From positions 7,512,721 to 7,576,720 of the forward strand of contig MU058423.1 of assembly GCA_013265495.1 (NCBI GenBank): a stretch of DNA of 64,000 nt, read 5' to 3'. Below, in pieces: positions 40,445-53,315 of the stretch (position 1 is its first letter; each line of letters starts with the position of its first letter). A model generated the notes under the pieces. The model did no database searches and was not told the origin of the DNA. It saw only the letters and a program-made list of their open reading frames with translations. Origin of the DNA: Vicugna vicugna (Eukaryota). A program made the position numbers and the translations under genes.

Positions 40445-42840
40445 TCCTGACAGTTTCTGCCTTTTAATTATTTTATTTAGACAGTTAACATTTGAAGAGA
40501 GATTATTGGATAACATCTGCCATGTTTGTAATTACTTTCTATTCGTTGCCATCTTCTTTGTTTCTTTTGTTTTCTTTTTTTGTTTGTTTCTTTTGTTTTC
40601 TTCCCCCCTTTTTTTCTGCCTTCTCTAATTTTAACTCAGCATTTTATGATTCCAATTCTTTCCTCTCTTTGCATACTAACATACTTTTTGGGTGAAATTT
40701 TGGTTGGCTTACAGTTTGAAATAAACATTTATAATGAATCTAGGTCTACATTCAAAAAACATTACATCATCTCATGGTTACTAAAGGAGCCATATAATAA
40801 AATATTCCTATTTCCTCCCTTCCATCCTTCATAAAATTGCTGACACTAATCTCTCTTATCTATATGTTACACTTGCACTAAACATTGTTAGATTTATTAT
40901 TCTGAACAGATATTTACTTATTATGTCAAATAAGAATAAGAAACTAAAATATTTTATTTTACATTCATTTCTTCTCCCAGGTTTTTCCTTTCTTTATGTA
41001 AGTCTAAGTTTTTTAATCTACGTTATTTTCTTTCTCCGTGAAGAAACTGATTCTGTCATTTGTTTCAGTAAGGTCGGCATCATTTTCTTTCTCCTTGAAG
41101 AGCTTCTTTTACTGTTTCTTTCTGGGTAGACAGGCTGGCCAAGAGTTTTCTCTTTTTTTTTTCTTTTTTTTCCAGCCTGAAAAAGCATTCTTCTAAATAA
41201 AATTGGAATGCATTTCAGTTACATGGAATTGAATGTTTGTTTTCCTTATTTTTAAACACTTTAAATTTTCTTTCCACTCTCTTCTTGCCTCCATGATTCC
41301 CGACAAGTCTGCTTTCGCTCCTGTGCTTTTTCCTTTGTAAGTAAGGTGCTTTTTTCCTGTTTTGGCTTCTTTCAGGATTTTCTCTTTGTCTTCAGTTTTT
41401 TATAGTTTGACTATGTTAGGCCTAGTTGTAGACATTTGGTATATATTTTGCTTGGTGTTCTCTGAGCTCCTTAGGTCTCTGTCGTTAATTTTGTAAGTTT
41501 TTAGCCATTATCACTTCAAATATATCTTCTATCTTTCTTCTCTTTTTGGTACTCCAATTACACATGAATTACTCTTTTGAAACTTCCCACTCCTCTTGGA
41601 TATTCTGCTCCTTTAGATAAAAAACTCCCCCTTTTTTCTTTGCATTTTAGTTTTGCAAGACATTATAACATGTTTTCAAGCTCACTAATTCTTCCCTGTT
41701 TTGTCCAGTCTACTGATGAACCCAACAAAGAAATTTATTTCTGCTACAGTGTTTTTGATTCCTAGAATTTCCTTTTCTTCTTTCTTAGAATGTCCATCCC
41801 TCTGCTTATCTTACTCATCTTATCTTGCATGTTGCCTACTTTTTCCACTGAAAACCTTAACATACTGACCATAGCTATTTTAAATATCCTGTGTGATAAT
41901 TCCAAAATCTGTATTATATCTGAGTCCAGTTCTGATGCTTACAGTGAATTTTCTTCATTATCTTCTTGCTTTTTAGCAAGACTAGTAATTTTTTCAGAAA
42001 GCGGATGTAATATATCAGGCAACAGAAGCTAACGTAAATCGGCCTTTAGTGTGAGGTTTACGCTAATTCAGCCGACATCTGGGCTGTGTTTAATGTTTGC
42101 CACAGCTGCTGTTTCAGGGGCTGCATTTTCTTCTAGTAGCCTTGTTTCATCTTCTTTGTTGTCTTTACGTTTCCTAAGGGCTCCTTAAATAGAAGCTGAG
42201 CCTTAGGCTCATTCAGTTGTCATCCATTGTTATTACAGCGCAGTCTTGTTAATGTCATGGTCAGAAGCGCGGTGGGAAAGCAACGTATAACCTGATGATT
42301 AAATTTCAGCGTTTCAGTTGGTCTGCGTTCCTGGGTTGTTACTTTCACAAGAGTTTCTTCTACTTTAATTTTTTGTTTAATGTTTTGTTAGAAGAGACAA
42401 GAAGGCTGTAGGGGACTGGAGCTGGGAAAAGTGCACTTTCCCTCAGATGAGATAATCTGGAAATACCCTTTTCCCTGGAAAGCTGGCTTTTATTATGAAG
42501 AATATATTTCAAAATGGTTCATTTTCCCCTCCCCTGCCAGAGACATGAGGTGATTTGGCTTTTCACAGTGAGAACCCTGTGAATAAGGTTCCTGGAGGTA
42601 AAACCCACAAAGTGAGACCCTCCCTTAGTCTGTGGCCTCAAGGAGAGTCTCAGTTTCACTCTAGACAAAACACAGTCTCTGTGACTTTGTCAGTGTTACC
42701 ATTAGGTGTTCCTACTGGGTGATGGCTCCAGCAGCTTCTGCTCCAGCTAAAATGACCTCAACCCTGGTCACTTTTTTTCAACAACCTTTTTTCTTGTTGC
42801 AAGATGGTCATGATGAGTTCAAGACCTTTACGTGCCAGAG
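40445..42840 (-). mobile_element. Ancient L1M inter-ORF/ORF1/5' region fragments
   Basis: Antisense ORF1-type motifs (ttcaggattttctctttgtc; ttagccattatcacttcaaatat; caagctcactaattcttc). Confidence 0.7.
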
Positions 42841-44319
42841 CTGTTGTTCATTTCCTCTAGATTTTTTGAATGACTTTGGTACTTATTCTAGGAAAACACT
42901 TGTACAAGTTGCACTCCAGGCCCTACTGACCAATGTATCTCCAGGTAAGTTGTACTCTGAGCACAAACGTCTCCTTATATAATGATAGCTCCTGACCTAG
43001 GACCATTAGGCTGCTAGAGTCTTCTCGCTCTTGTTTTCCTCATTTATTATTAGTGGGGGTTGTATCCATTGGGAAAGCTTGGGTTTACAGAAAGTAAATA
43101 TGAGTCTTTTTTCATATTTAAAATTGGCTACTTATTTATTCTTAAATATTTTGTTAGCAAATCAATGCTTCTTTAATAAACTAAATAAACTTTGATTAAA
43201 TAAAACATTTATTAATTATTTTAATATATAATGTTGCCTTTGAAAAACATATTTTCCAGATATAGATTATATATTTTATAATTTTTATATTATACATAAT
43301 ATATGAATATGTATTCATATTTTGAATTTGAAGAAACACTTGATGTTAAATTACTGATATAAAAGTGAAATTATGAAAAGAATCTTCAGCTTAACAATGT
43401 ATTTCTCATTTGTTTATCTCTTGGTTTTGTGTCATTGAACCTATATTGAAGTCATTTTCCCATGTTTATTACAACTCAGACAGTTGCTATGGCAAATAAT
43501 TTAATGTCACAAATTTCAACAGAAAATTAGAAATTCTATTACTACTAGCAAAACCTTTTGTCCTATACACAAAGACCTCAGTTATTAATTCTGTCAACAC
43601 TGATACATTCTGTCATCTCAAAAAAGTTATTAAAGTTGAATTGCCCTCATAAAACAATCAAAGAGATGAATACTTATCATAGAAAGAAAGTCATGATTAA
43701 ATACAAATTGTTTTAAAAGTTAATAATCATAATGAACAATGCTGCCATACAAAACTAGGAAAGAGACTTATGCTGATATTTTGGATTTAGTAATAGATAA
43801 CCTTTACGTGTTTAGAAACAGGTTATATGTCATGGAAATCAATTAACTACAGGGCACTGAGTTTAGATAAGCCTTCTAAGTGAAAAATATCTCTCAAATA
43901 GTCAATCAAGATTCAATTTAAACTTAATTCCACCACAATTTTCATTTTCTTTGTAAGAGAACTTCGTATTATGAGAGATGAGAGAAAGTGGAAGTATTGT
44001 TCATTATTTGTGTTTGTCCTTCATAAAATAAAGTAAACCTTTAGTTATCATATTCTGATTGGTAGGAGTTTATTTTTCCTATTTTTTGAATCTGTTATTC
44101 CAGGTTACAAATTTTTGAAATGCATTCATGTATGTTCCAAACTTAAATAGCAGAATTATTCACTGCACATTTCACTCAGGCAACAATTATTTATCAATTG
44201 CCTCCTATGTCCCAGGCAGTCCTCTAGGCAATGAGCAATTTAAACTGAATTAGAGAAATTCATTGAACTTTACTAAATATAGAAAATAGAAACTTTTTCT
44301 AAAGTCCTCATTGAATAAA

Positions 44320-44530
44320 CTTTTTAAACATTTTTTATTGATTTATAATCATTTTACAATGTTGTGTCAAATTCTAGTGTTCAGCACAATTTTTCAGTCA
44401 TACATGGACATATACACACTCATTATCACATTTTTTCCTCTGTGATTCCCTGTGCTATACAGTATAATCTTGTTTATCTATTCTACAATTTTGAAATCCC
44501 AGTCTATCCCTTCTCACCCTCCGCCCCCCC
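44320..44530 (-). mobile_element. Young camelid L1 3' end, 5'-truncated
   Basis: ttttttattg..ttacaatgttgtgtcaaatt..ttccctgtgctatacagt; exact TSD cattgaataaa at 44309-44319 and 44531-44541. Confidence 0.88.
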
Positions 44531-46360
44531 CATTGAATAAATTTTAAATTATTATGTAACTAGTCCAAAAAGTTCAGCATATTTCAGAAATTAGAAACTG
44601 CATAGGATATACTATCACATCACAATACAAGAGTGTTAGATATTAATACAAACATTTGAACAAATCCTACTATTCCTTAACCACGAATATTAGAATCACT
44701 TGGTAAAAAAACCCCACCAACCTAAGTGTCTACTGAGTCAATGAAGAAACAAAAACTATCATATCAAACAACTTATTAAATAATTGCATTGAGGAAGCCA
44801 TATAAGATAACCTGCAGGCAAACTTATTTTCTGCACTAAATGGCGATCAATAAATATAAATGCTATCTTTAAAAAAAGGACAGAGAAGTAATAAGAGAGA
44901 ATCAAATAGCATAAAGGATTAAGAATAAATTCAACTTAATTTGAATTAAGAATACACAAAAGTCAGTAGGCAATAAGTGAGAAACAAGATTGCTTAAAAG
45001 CATTACCAGGCAAATTAGAAATCAGAAAAACAATAGTATTGCTACCACATAGTTATCTGACAAAAAACAATGAACCTTAAAAAGTCCTTGAGTATCTAAT
45101 AAAAATCTGAAGAAAAGAAGGAAATAAAGACACTTTGTAAAGTATCTAAAATTGTGTAGGTAAATGCCTGTGTATTTGTATATAGTATATGCAATGTGTG
45201 TTTGAAGAAATGGGTCCCAATTTTTGGTGGAATCATGTTTGTCTCATTTTTCTGAAAAAAGTAGTTAAAAATCTGTCAACAATATATTTAGAAATATTAC
45301 TGTTTTTGAATTAGAAATATAATTTATAAGAATGTATCCAAAAAGGCACAAATGTGGTAATTGGTTTTTAAGCAAAGATGCTTATAGCATCATTTTATAG
45401 CAAATATTACTATAATTAATATAGCATAAATATGCAAAGTGGGTACAATATCTATTAATAATAAACTTTATATTAAGAGCACTGTTCAATAGTCCAATTT
45501 TATCATAAATTGTACACAGAAAATAATTTATCATACATTCCAATTTTATGTAATAAAAGTGAAAATATACTAAAAGTTTATTAGCAATGTTTGAGAGATT
45601 ATTTTGTTAATGAAAATCTGTAGCTGCTGTTATTATGTTTATATCCAAAGATATGGAATCAAGATATCTGTCAGGATTACAAGGTGAGCTTTAAATGGTG
45701 TGATCAACACATCATTTAGTGGAATCTGACACATCTTAGGAGCTATTATTCTCTTACAACCAACTTCTGCATATTCCAACTAATACATTTACTTAGATAT
45801 TAGGTTTATAACTCAAGTTCAATGTGTCAATAATAGAAATATTCCCACAAGAACATACACTTTCGTTTGTAAGAAATTATACAGAAGTTGGTATATGCTG
45901 TTTTTTATTTATGTCCATTAATGGAATAAAGGCTTGAAATTCTAATACCAAATATTTATTTAAATGTCTGAATCTAAATTGCTATGCAAAAAACAAAGTC
46001 TAGATAATAGCTTATGCCTAAAATTTTCCTTTAAGATAGAAAAAGTATTTTCCCCCAGTCTGGCTTTGTTAACTAATGTGTCTGCATTAAAGTCATATTT
46101 GGAGGCATTTAATCCTTTGCAAAAGTTGTTATTTTGAGTCACTCAATCACTCTTTTCATTAAAAAATCTTTTAAAATTAATTAATAATAATAATCTAATT
46201 ATAACAACTTACTCAAGTATACATTTTAACACCTATAAATTTGCACACTCCAAAAATATGATGACCATCACAGTATTACTTATTATAGATACCAAATGAG
46301 ATTTTAATTTTAAAGTGTAAAGAGTATTTCAAAAATACTAATTATCCATGAATACCATTA

Positions 46361-46420
46361 AACACACACACACACATACACCATAGCACACACACACTGC
46401 ACCACACATACACATACAAA
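46361..46420. repeat. Degenerate (CA)n
   Basis: Visible directly. Confidence 0.9.
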
Positions 46421-47823
46421 TACAAAAGCATGTAAATCTGTTTAGTTCTTTTAAGAATTTTTAACCTGACGCAGGAGGGAAATATTACAACTAAAGACCC
46501 TGAATTTAAACTTAAATGAACATTCTATGGGGAGATACCTGGTAGAACTTTGAAAACAGGTTGGGAGGTTGTGGTATGAAGCCAAATTTAGATTCCAACC
46601 TACTTTAAATGTTTGTAATAGATAGCCATGGAATTTATTCTGTTTTGCTATTAAAATTAAATACTAACAATATATATTTTAACATAATGGAATTATCCAA
46701 AGTACTTTAATCTCCATGTTTCATCATATGAGAACAGAAAGTATTTCAATTTAGTTTGTTTTACTAAGTTAATGTCCATGTAAAATGAACATTGTAAAAT
46801 CTCTGACTTGTTTAAATGCAGACATATAAATGTCATTTATAATGCTTTTTAAAATAACAGAATTATTTAAATAAGACAGATTGGAATAGCTGATAAATTT
46901 ATAACTTAGAAATAGTAGCCCAGGTCATTCTGTTTATCACTCAGAAAAATAAACCACATTAAATATAAAAAATGCTCTAGACTTGAGCTTTACAAAGTAA
47001 GTTCCCACAATCTTTAATTATTATTCTCTAGGCAGCTTAAATATCTTCTGAGTATACTACACTAACTCTTATATTGGTGTAAAATACTTTGCTGCCAAGT
47101 AAGGAGTTCACTTGGCATTGTTGTCAAGCATCTTAACTCTACTTAATTTCAGTATCTTAAGTAACTGCTTTCTACGTGCATAATCCCTAGTAATATAAAT
47201 CTTTTCTGCTTGAAAGATATTAAAATAAGCTAAGGAAGTTGTGAAATATATACCATATTATAAAAATGCCGAAGTACTTAAAATGACAAGGAAATGACTT
47301 GTGTAAATCTTCTAACCTCAAGTTTAATGCAAAAAAGAGCATTTTTACTCAACTTGAACATGGCATTGAAATGTGTGAAATTATCATCACTCCATTTGTA
47401 TTTATGAGTATAAAATAATTTTAGTATCATTACAAAACACTTCAGTGGATGTATAGAGTAGTTCTACAAAGCCTGAAATTAAAAATAAAAAATAAAGTTT
47501 ATACTGACATGCTAAAGTCATTTTTTTCTATTTGATATTCAATTCTACTTAATCTCAAAATATTATAGTTCAATTACTTTCACAAATGTATGAATTGTCT
47601 ATACATTTTTTATGAATTTTGACAACTACAGCTTCTATTTCACTGGTAGGATACAATTTGTTTAGATGTGATTATAAATTATATATGCATTACTTTTGAT
47701 ATCAAGCACATTTCTGCTCTACAGGTTTCACAACTTAGTAGAAATAGTGCTCTTAATTACAATGTTGCATTACCCAAAATTTGGCATTTTAGGACCACAT
47801 CAATAAATATCCTCAAGGGGGCA

Positions 47824-50800
47824 ATTTAAAATTATGCTGTATGAAAATCCCCAAGTTATCTCTTCCCATGGACACAACAAAATATACAGCTATGCAAAAT
47901 ATGATGTAAGAAACATGAAATGTGGGTAGGCAGTAAAAATGTAATGTTTTCTGAAATGTTTGACCTTAAGCAGCTAACAACTTAAAACAGACTGCTTTTT
48001 ATATAGATTGCTATATATGAACCTCATGGTAACCACAAGCCAAAACCTATAACAGATTCACAAAAAGAGAAAGTAATCTAACTATATCACTAAAGAAAAT
48101 CATCAAATCACAAAGAAAGAGAAGAAAAGAATAAAGGAAGAGAGAGTAACTAAAAAAACCACCAGAAAATAATTAATAAAATGGCAATAAGCACATCCTA
48201 TCAATAATTACTTTAAATGGACTAAATTCTCCAAACAAAAGATGTAGGGCTGCTGAATGGATAAAAAAAATCTATATACTGCCTATAAGACACTCATTTC
48301 AGATCTAAAGACATGCCAGGCTGAAAGCAAAGGGATTAAAAAAAAAAGAAATTCCATGCAAATGGAAGTAAAAACAAAACTAAGGTAACAATACTTATAT
48401 CAGATAAACTAGATTTTAAAACAACGACTGTAATAAAAGGCAAAGAAAGGCATCACACAATCATAAAGGGGTCAATTCAACAAGTGGGTATAATATTTGT
48501 AAGTATTTATGGATCCAAAAGAGGAGCATCTAAATATGTAAAACATATATCAATAGACATAAAGGGAGACATTTATAACAATAAAATAATAATTCAGAAC
48601 TGGAGTACCCTACTTGTATCAATGGGTAGGTCATTTAGTCAAAAAAAAATAAATAAAAACATTAGCCTTAAATGACACAATGAAGCAAACTGATTTAATA
48701 GATATATACAGAACATTCTATTCACAAACTACAGAATACGCATCCTTTTTAAGTGCACTTGGAATATTCTCTAGGATAGATCACATGTTAGACCAAAAAA
48801 CAAGTCTCATAAATTTAAGAAAACTGAAATTATATTATATATCTTTTTTGACTACAATGGTAGCAAACTAGAACTCAAATCACCAGAAAAAAACTGGACA
48901 AACCAAAAACATATGGGGATTAAACAACATGCTACTAAACAATCAATGTTATCAACAAATGAATCAAAGACAAAATAAAAAAAATACCTTACATGAGCAA
49001 AAATGGAAACACAACTTTACAACATCTATGGAACACAGCAAAAGCAATTCTAAGAAAAAAGTTTACAGTGATACAGGCATAACTTAAAAAATAAGAAAAA
49101 TTCAAAACAATCTAACTTTACACTTAAAGGAACTAGAAAAAGAAGAACAAATAAAACCCAAAATTAGTAGGAGGAAGGAAATACTAAAGCTCAGAGTAGA
49201 AATAAGTAAGACTGAAAAAAGAGAAAGCAATAGAAAAGATTAAAGAAACAAGAACTAGTTCTTTGAAAAGATTAAAACAAAAACAAAAAAACTCCTTAGC
49301 CAGACTCATCCTAAATAAACAAGAAAGGGCCTAAATAAATAAAATCAGAATTGAAAGAGAAAAAGTTACAATTGACACCACAGAAATACAATGGATTATG
49401 AGAGACGATTTTGAACAATTATACACCAACAAATTGGACAACCTAAAAGAAAGGGATAAATAATTGAAGAAATAAGAATCTAAATGAACAAATTACTAGC
49501 AACAAAATTGAATCATTAATTGAAAAACTCCCAAGAAACAAAAGTCCAGGACCAGAGGAAGTCAGGTGGCTTCACAGGTGAACTATACCAAACATTTATG
49601 AAAAAGTTAATGCCATCTTTTCTCAAATTATTCTAAAACATTGAAAAGGAAGTAATGTTTCTAAACTCATATTATAAGGCCAGAATTACCCTGATATCAA
49701 AACCAAAGATATCACAAAAGAAAAAATTATAAGCTAATATTCCTGATGACACATTGATACAAAAATCTTCAACAAAATATTAGCTAGTAGAACTCAACAA
49801 TACATTAAAAGGATCATACATCAGGATCAAGTGGGATTTATTCCAGAGTTGCGAAGGTGGTTCCATATCTGCATATCAATAAACGTGAAACACAATATCA
49901 AATAAATAAAGGAAAAAATTGTATGATCATCTTAACAGATGCAAAAAAAAGCTTTTGGCAAAATTCAACATTCATTTATGTAAAAACTTCAAACAAAATG
50001 GGTATAGAAGGAATGTACCTGAAGATAATAAAAGTCATATAGACAGCCATCAAACAGCTAACTTCATACTTAACTAACATCATACTCAATAGTAAAAATA
50101 ACATTTAACATCATACTCAGTGGTAAAAAGCTGAAAGCTTTTCCTCTAAAATCAGGTGCAAGACACAAATGTCCATTCTTAACATTTTTATTCAACATAA
50201 TATGGGAAGTCCTACCCATAGCAATTAGGCAAGAAAAATAAATAAAAGACATTCAAATTGGAAAGGAAGAATTAAAAAGGTCATTATTTGTAGATGACAT
50301 TATACTATATATAGAAAACTCTAAAGACGCTATCAAAAAAACTATTAGAACTAATAAATTAATTTATTAAAGTTGCAGGATACAAAATTCATTACAGAAA
50401 TAATTTGCATTCCTATACAATAATAATAAGCTATTAAAAAAGAAATGATGAAAACAATTCCATTTATAATTGCATCAAAAATAATCAAATACCCAGGGAT
50501 AAATTTAACCAAGGAGATAAAAAGCCTGTATTCTGCAAACTATAAGGTATTGATTAAAGAAATTGGAGACAACACAAATAAATAGAAAGATACACTGTGT
50601 TCATGGATTAGAAAAATTAATATTGTTAAAATGTCTATACTACCCAAAGCTACCTACAGATTCAATGCAATCCCTAGCAAAATACCAATGACATTTTTCA
50701 CAGAACTAGAACAAATAATTTTTAAATTTTTATGGAAACACAAGAAGATCCTGAATAGCCAAAATGATATTGAGAAAGAAAAACAAAGCAGGAGGTTTCA

Positions 50801-52359
50801 CACTCACTGATTTCAAACTGTACCACTAAGCTTTGTACTCAAAACAGTATGGTACTGGCACTAAAACAGACACATAGATCAATGGAACAGACTAGAGTCC
50901 CCAGAAATAAACTCATGCATATATGGTCAATTAGTCTATGACAAACAGGCAAGAATATAAAATGGAGAAAAGGCAGCCTCTTCAATTAATGGTGCTGAGA
51001 AAAGTGGACAGATACATGCAAAAGAATGAAACTGAGACACTATCTTAGATCATATACAAAAAAAATTCAAATGCATTAAAAACTTGAATATAAGATCTGA
51101 AATCATAAAATTTCAAGAAGAGAATTTAGGCAGTAAGTTCTTTGATATGAGTATTAGTGATTTTTTTTGGTCTGTCTTCACAAGTAAGAGCAACAAAAGC
51201 AAAAATGAAGAAATCCAAGTATATTAAACTTAAAAACATCTGCACAGCAAAGGAAACCATCAATAAAATGAAAATGCAACCTACTGAATGGGAGAAGATA
51301 CTTGCAAACCATATACCTGCTAAGGTGTTTATATCCAAAACATACAAAGAATTGATACAACTTAATATATTTAAAAAGAAACAACCCAATTGAAAAAGAT
51401 CAGGAGACCTGAACAGGCATTTTTTTCCCAAAGAAGACCTAACAGATGGCCAAAAGGTATATGAAAAGATGCTCAACATCAGTAATCATCAGGGAAATGC
51501 AAATCAAAACCAAGATCAGGTATTAGCTCATTCCTATCAGAATGCTGGTTATCAAAAAGACAATAACAAGTGTTGATGGGGATGTGGAAAAAAGGGAACC
51601 CTCACACACTCTTAGTGAGATTATAAATTGGTGCATTCACTATAAAAATATTATGGAGGTTTCTCAAAAAAATTAAAAAAATAGAATTACCATATGATCC
51701 AGCAATTCTACTTCTGGGTATTTATCTATAGAAAATGCAAATGCTAATTTTAAAAGATATATGACCACTATGTTCATTGCAGCATTATTTACAATAATCA
51801 AGATATAGAAACAATCTAAATGTCCAACAATTGTTGAATGGATAAAAAAGTTGTAGCTTATACATACAATGGAATATTACTTAGACATAAAAAAGAATGG
51901 AATCTTGTCATTTGCAACAATGTGGATGGGCCCAGAGGATATAACGCTAAGTGAAATAAGTCAGACAGAGAAAGACAATTACCATATTATTTCAATTACA
52001 TGTGTAATCTAAAAAACAAAACAAATGAACAAACAAAACAAAACAGAAACAGACTCAAAGATACAGAAAACAAATCAGTGGTTGCCAGAAAGGAGGAGTG
52101 ATAAGAGGGTGGGGCAAGTGAAATAGGTGAAGGGAATTAAAAGGTATAAGCTATCAATTATAAAGAAAATAATTTGTGAGAGTGTAATGTTTAGCATAGA
52201 GAATATAGTCAATAATATTGGAATAACTTTTATGGTGAGAGGTGGTAGCTAGACTTATTGTGGTGACCATTTTGAAATGTATATACATTCAATATTATTG
52301 ACTCACTGTAATGTACAACTGAAATATGACATTGTATGCCAATTATACTTCAATTTAAA
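47824..52359 (+). mobile_element. ~4.5-kb L1 with inter-ORF region, decayed full-span ORF2 and 3' UTR; ORF1 absent
   Basis: ORF2 start atggcaataagc at 48181; FSRIDHML (endonuclease); SLFVDDIILY at 50281-50310 (FADD-type RT motif); CTAKETI..MQPTEWEKI; 3' end aattatacttcaatttaaa. Confidence 0.95.
48181..52012 (+). pseudogene. Disabled L1 ORF2 (endonuclease/reverse transcriptase)
   Basis: Recognisable ORF2p peptides in shifting frames (ORF track 48680, 51157) with many stops and frameshifts. Confidence 0.92.
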
Positions 52360-53059
52360 GGGGGGGGCAGCACAATCAATTGCCTAATTGTGTGAACAAA
52401 ATTGAAAAAAAAATGTTTCAGAGAAGGACAGATTAATTTGACAGAATCCTGACATCTGTGTCTCCGGTGTATAAAGATGATTCTTTGTAATGTAGTGAAC
52501 AGTGCCCTTGAAAACATCTATACATTGAGAAAAGCTTGAAAGGAAAATAGCTACCCTTAAAGTACAATAACCAAAGCACAGTTGGGTAAAAGAACTTCTA
52601 TTTGGGGGCAGAATAATGCAATCCAAGCCCACAGCTGTCTGGTAGGAGGAACTGATGAACTGCATATCCACCCCTTAGGCAACATCCTAGGATGGGTCCC
52701 ATCCCTGGATTGTTCAAGGGCCATTTCCCCTCAATGGGAGGAACTCTGAGGCAGTATCTAAAAATAGATCCAAGGTTTTCCTCAGAAGGAATTCTGAATT
52801 TCATTACAATACAGAAGTGTTTATAGCCAAGGTGTTTTTTAGCTTATTAAACTAGACAATCCCACAAAGTCTAGTCTGGGTTCAAAGACTGGTCATGATG
52901 AAGACTTGGTTCAAGGTTACACTGTGCCTTACTACTAGACTAGTAAACAAGCACCACAAAGGATACATAGCAGCCAAGAATACAGCTGAGTGGACAGATG
53001 CACTCCTCTTCAGTTGTTCACTAAGATGTAACTGAAGGTCTACACCATAGAAGGAAGTA

Positions 53060-53315
53060 TGGCTACCCTGGTGGAAAAACTACATGAAAAGAGAAATATA
53101 TGGGGCAGCTGCCAGGTATTACAGCCATTCCAGCAGAAGACTCAGATAAGTCAGGGGAGGCATCTTGCAGTTATTTGAATAACACCAGGCGAGACGAGCA
53201 GAAGAACTGCTGAGCTGAGCCCAGTCCAGATTGCAGAGTATAATAAACCAATAGTTGTTGGTTTCAGCCACTAAGTTTTTGGCTAGTTTGTCAAATAGCA
53301 TTAGATTACATTAGA
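53060..53315 (+). mobile_element. Old MaLR LTR 3' part (MLT1H/I/J-like)
   Basis: cagaagaactgctgagctgagcccagt..aataaa..gccactaagttttt..tttgtcaaatagcattagat. Confidence 0.72.

Noticed and set aside
48181..52012. Active L1 or domesticated reverse transcriptase
   Set aside because: Numerous stops and frameshifts; no long sense ORF remains.
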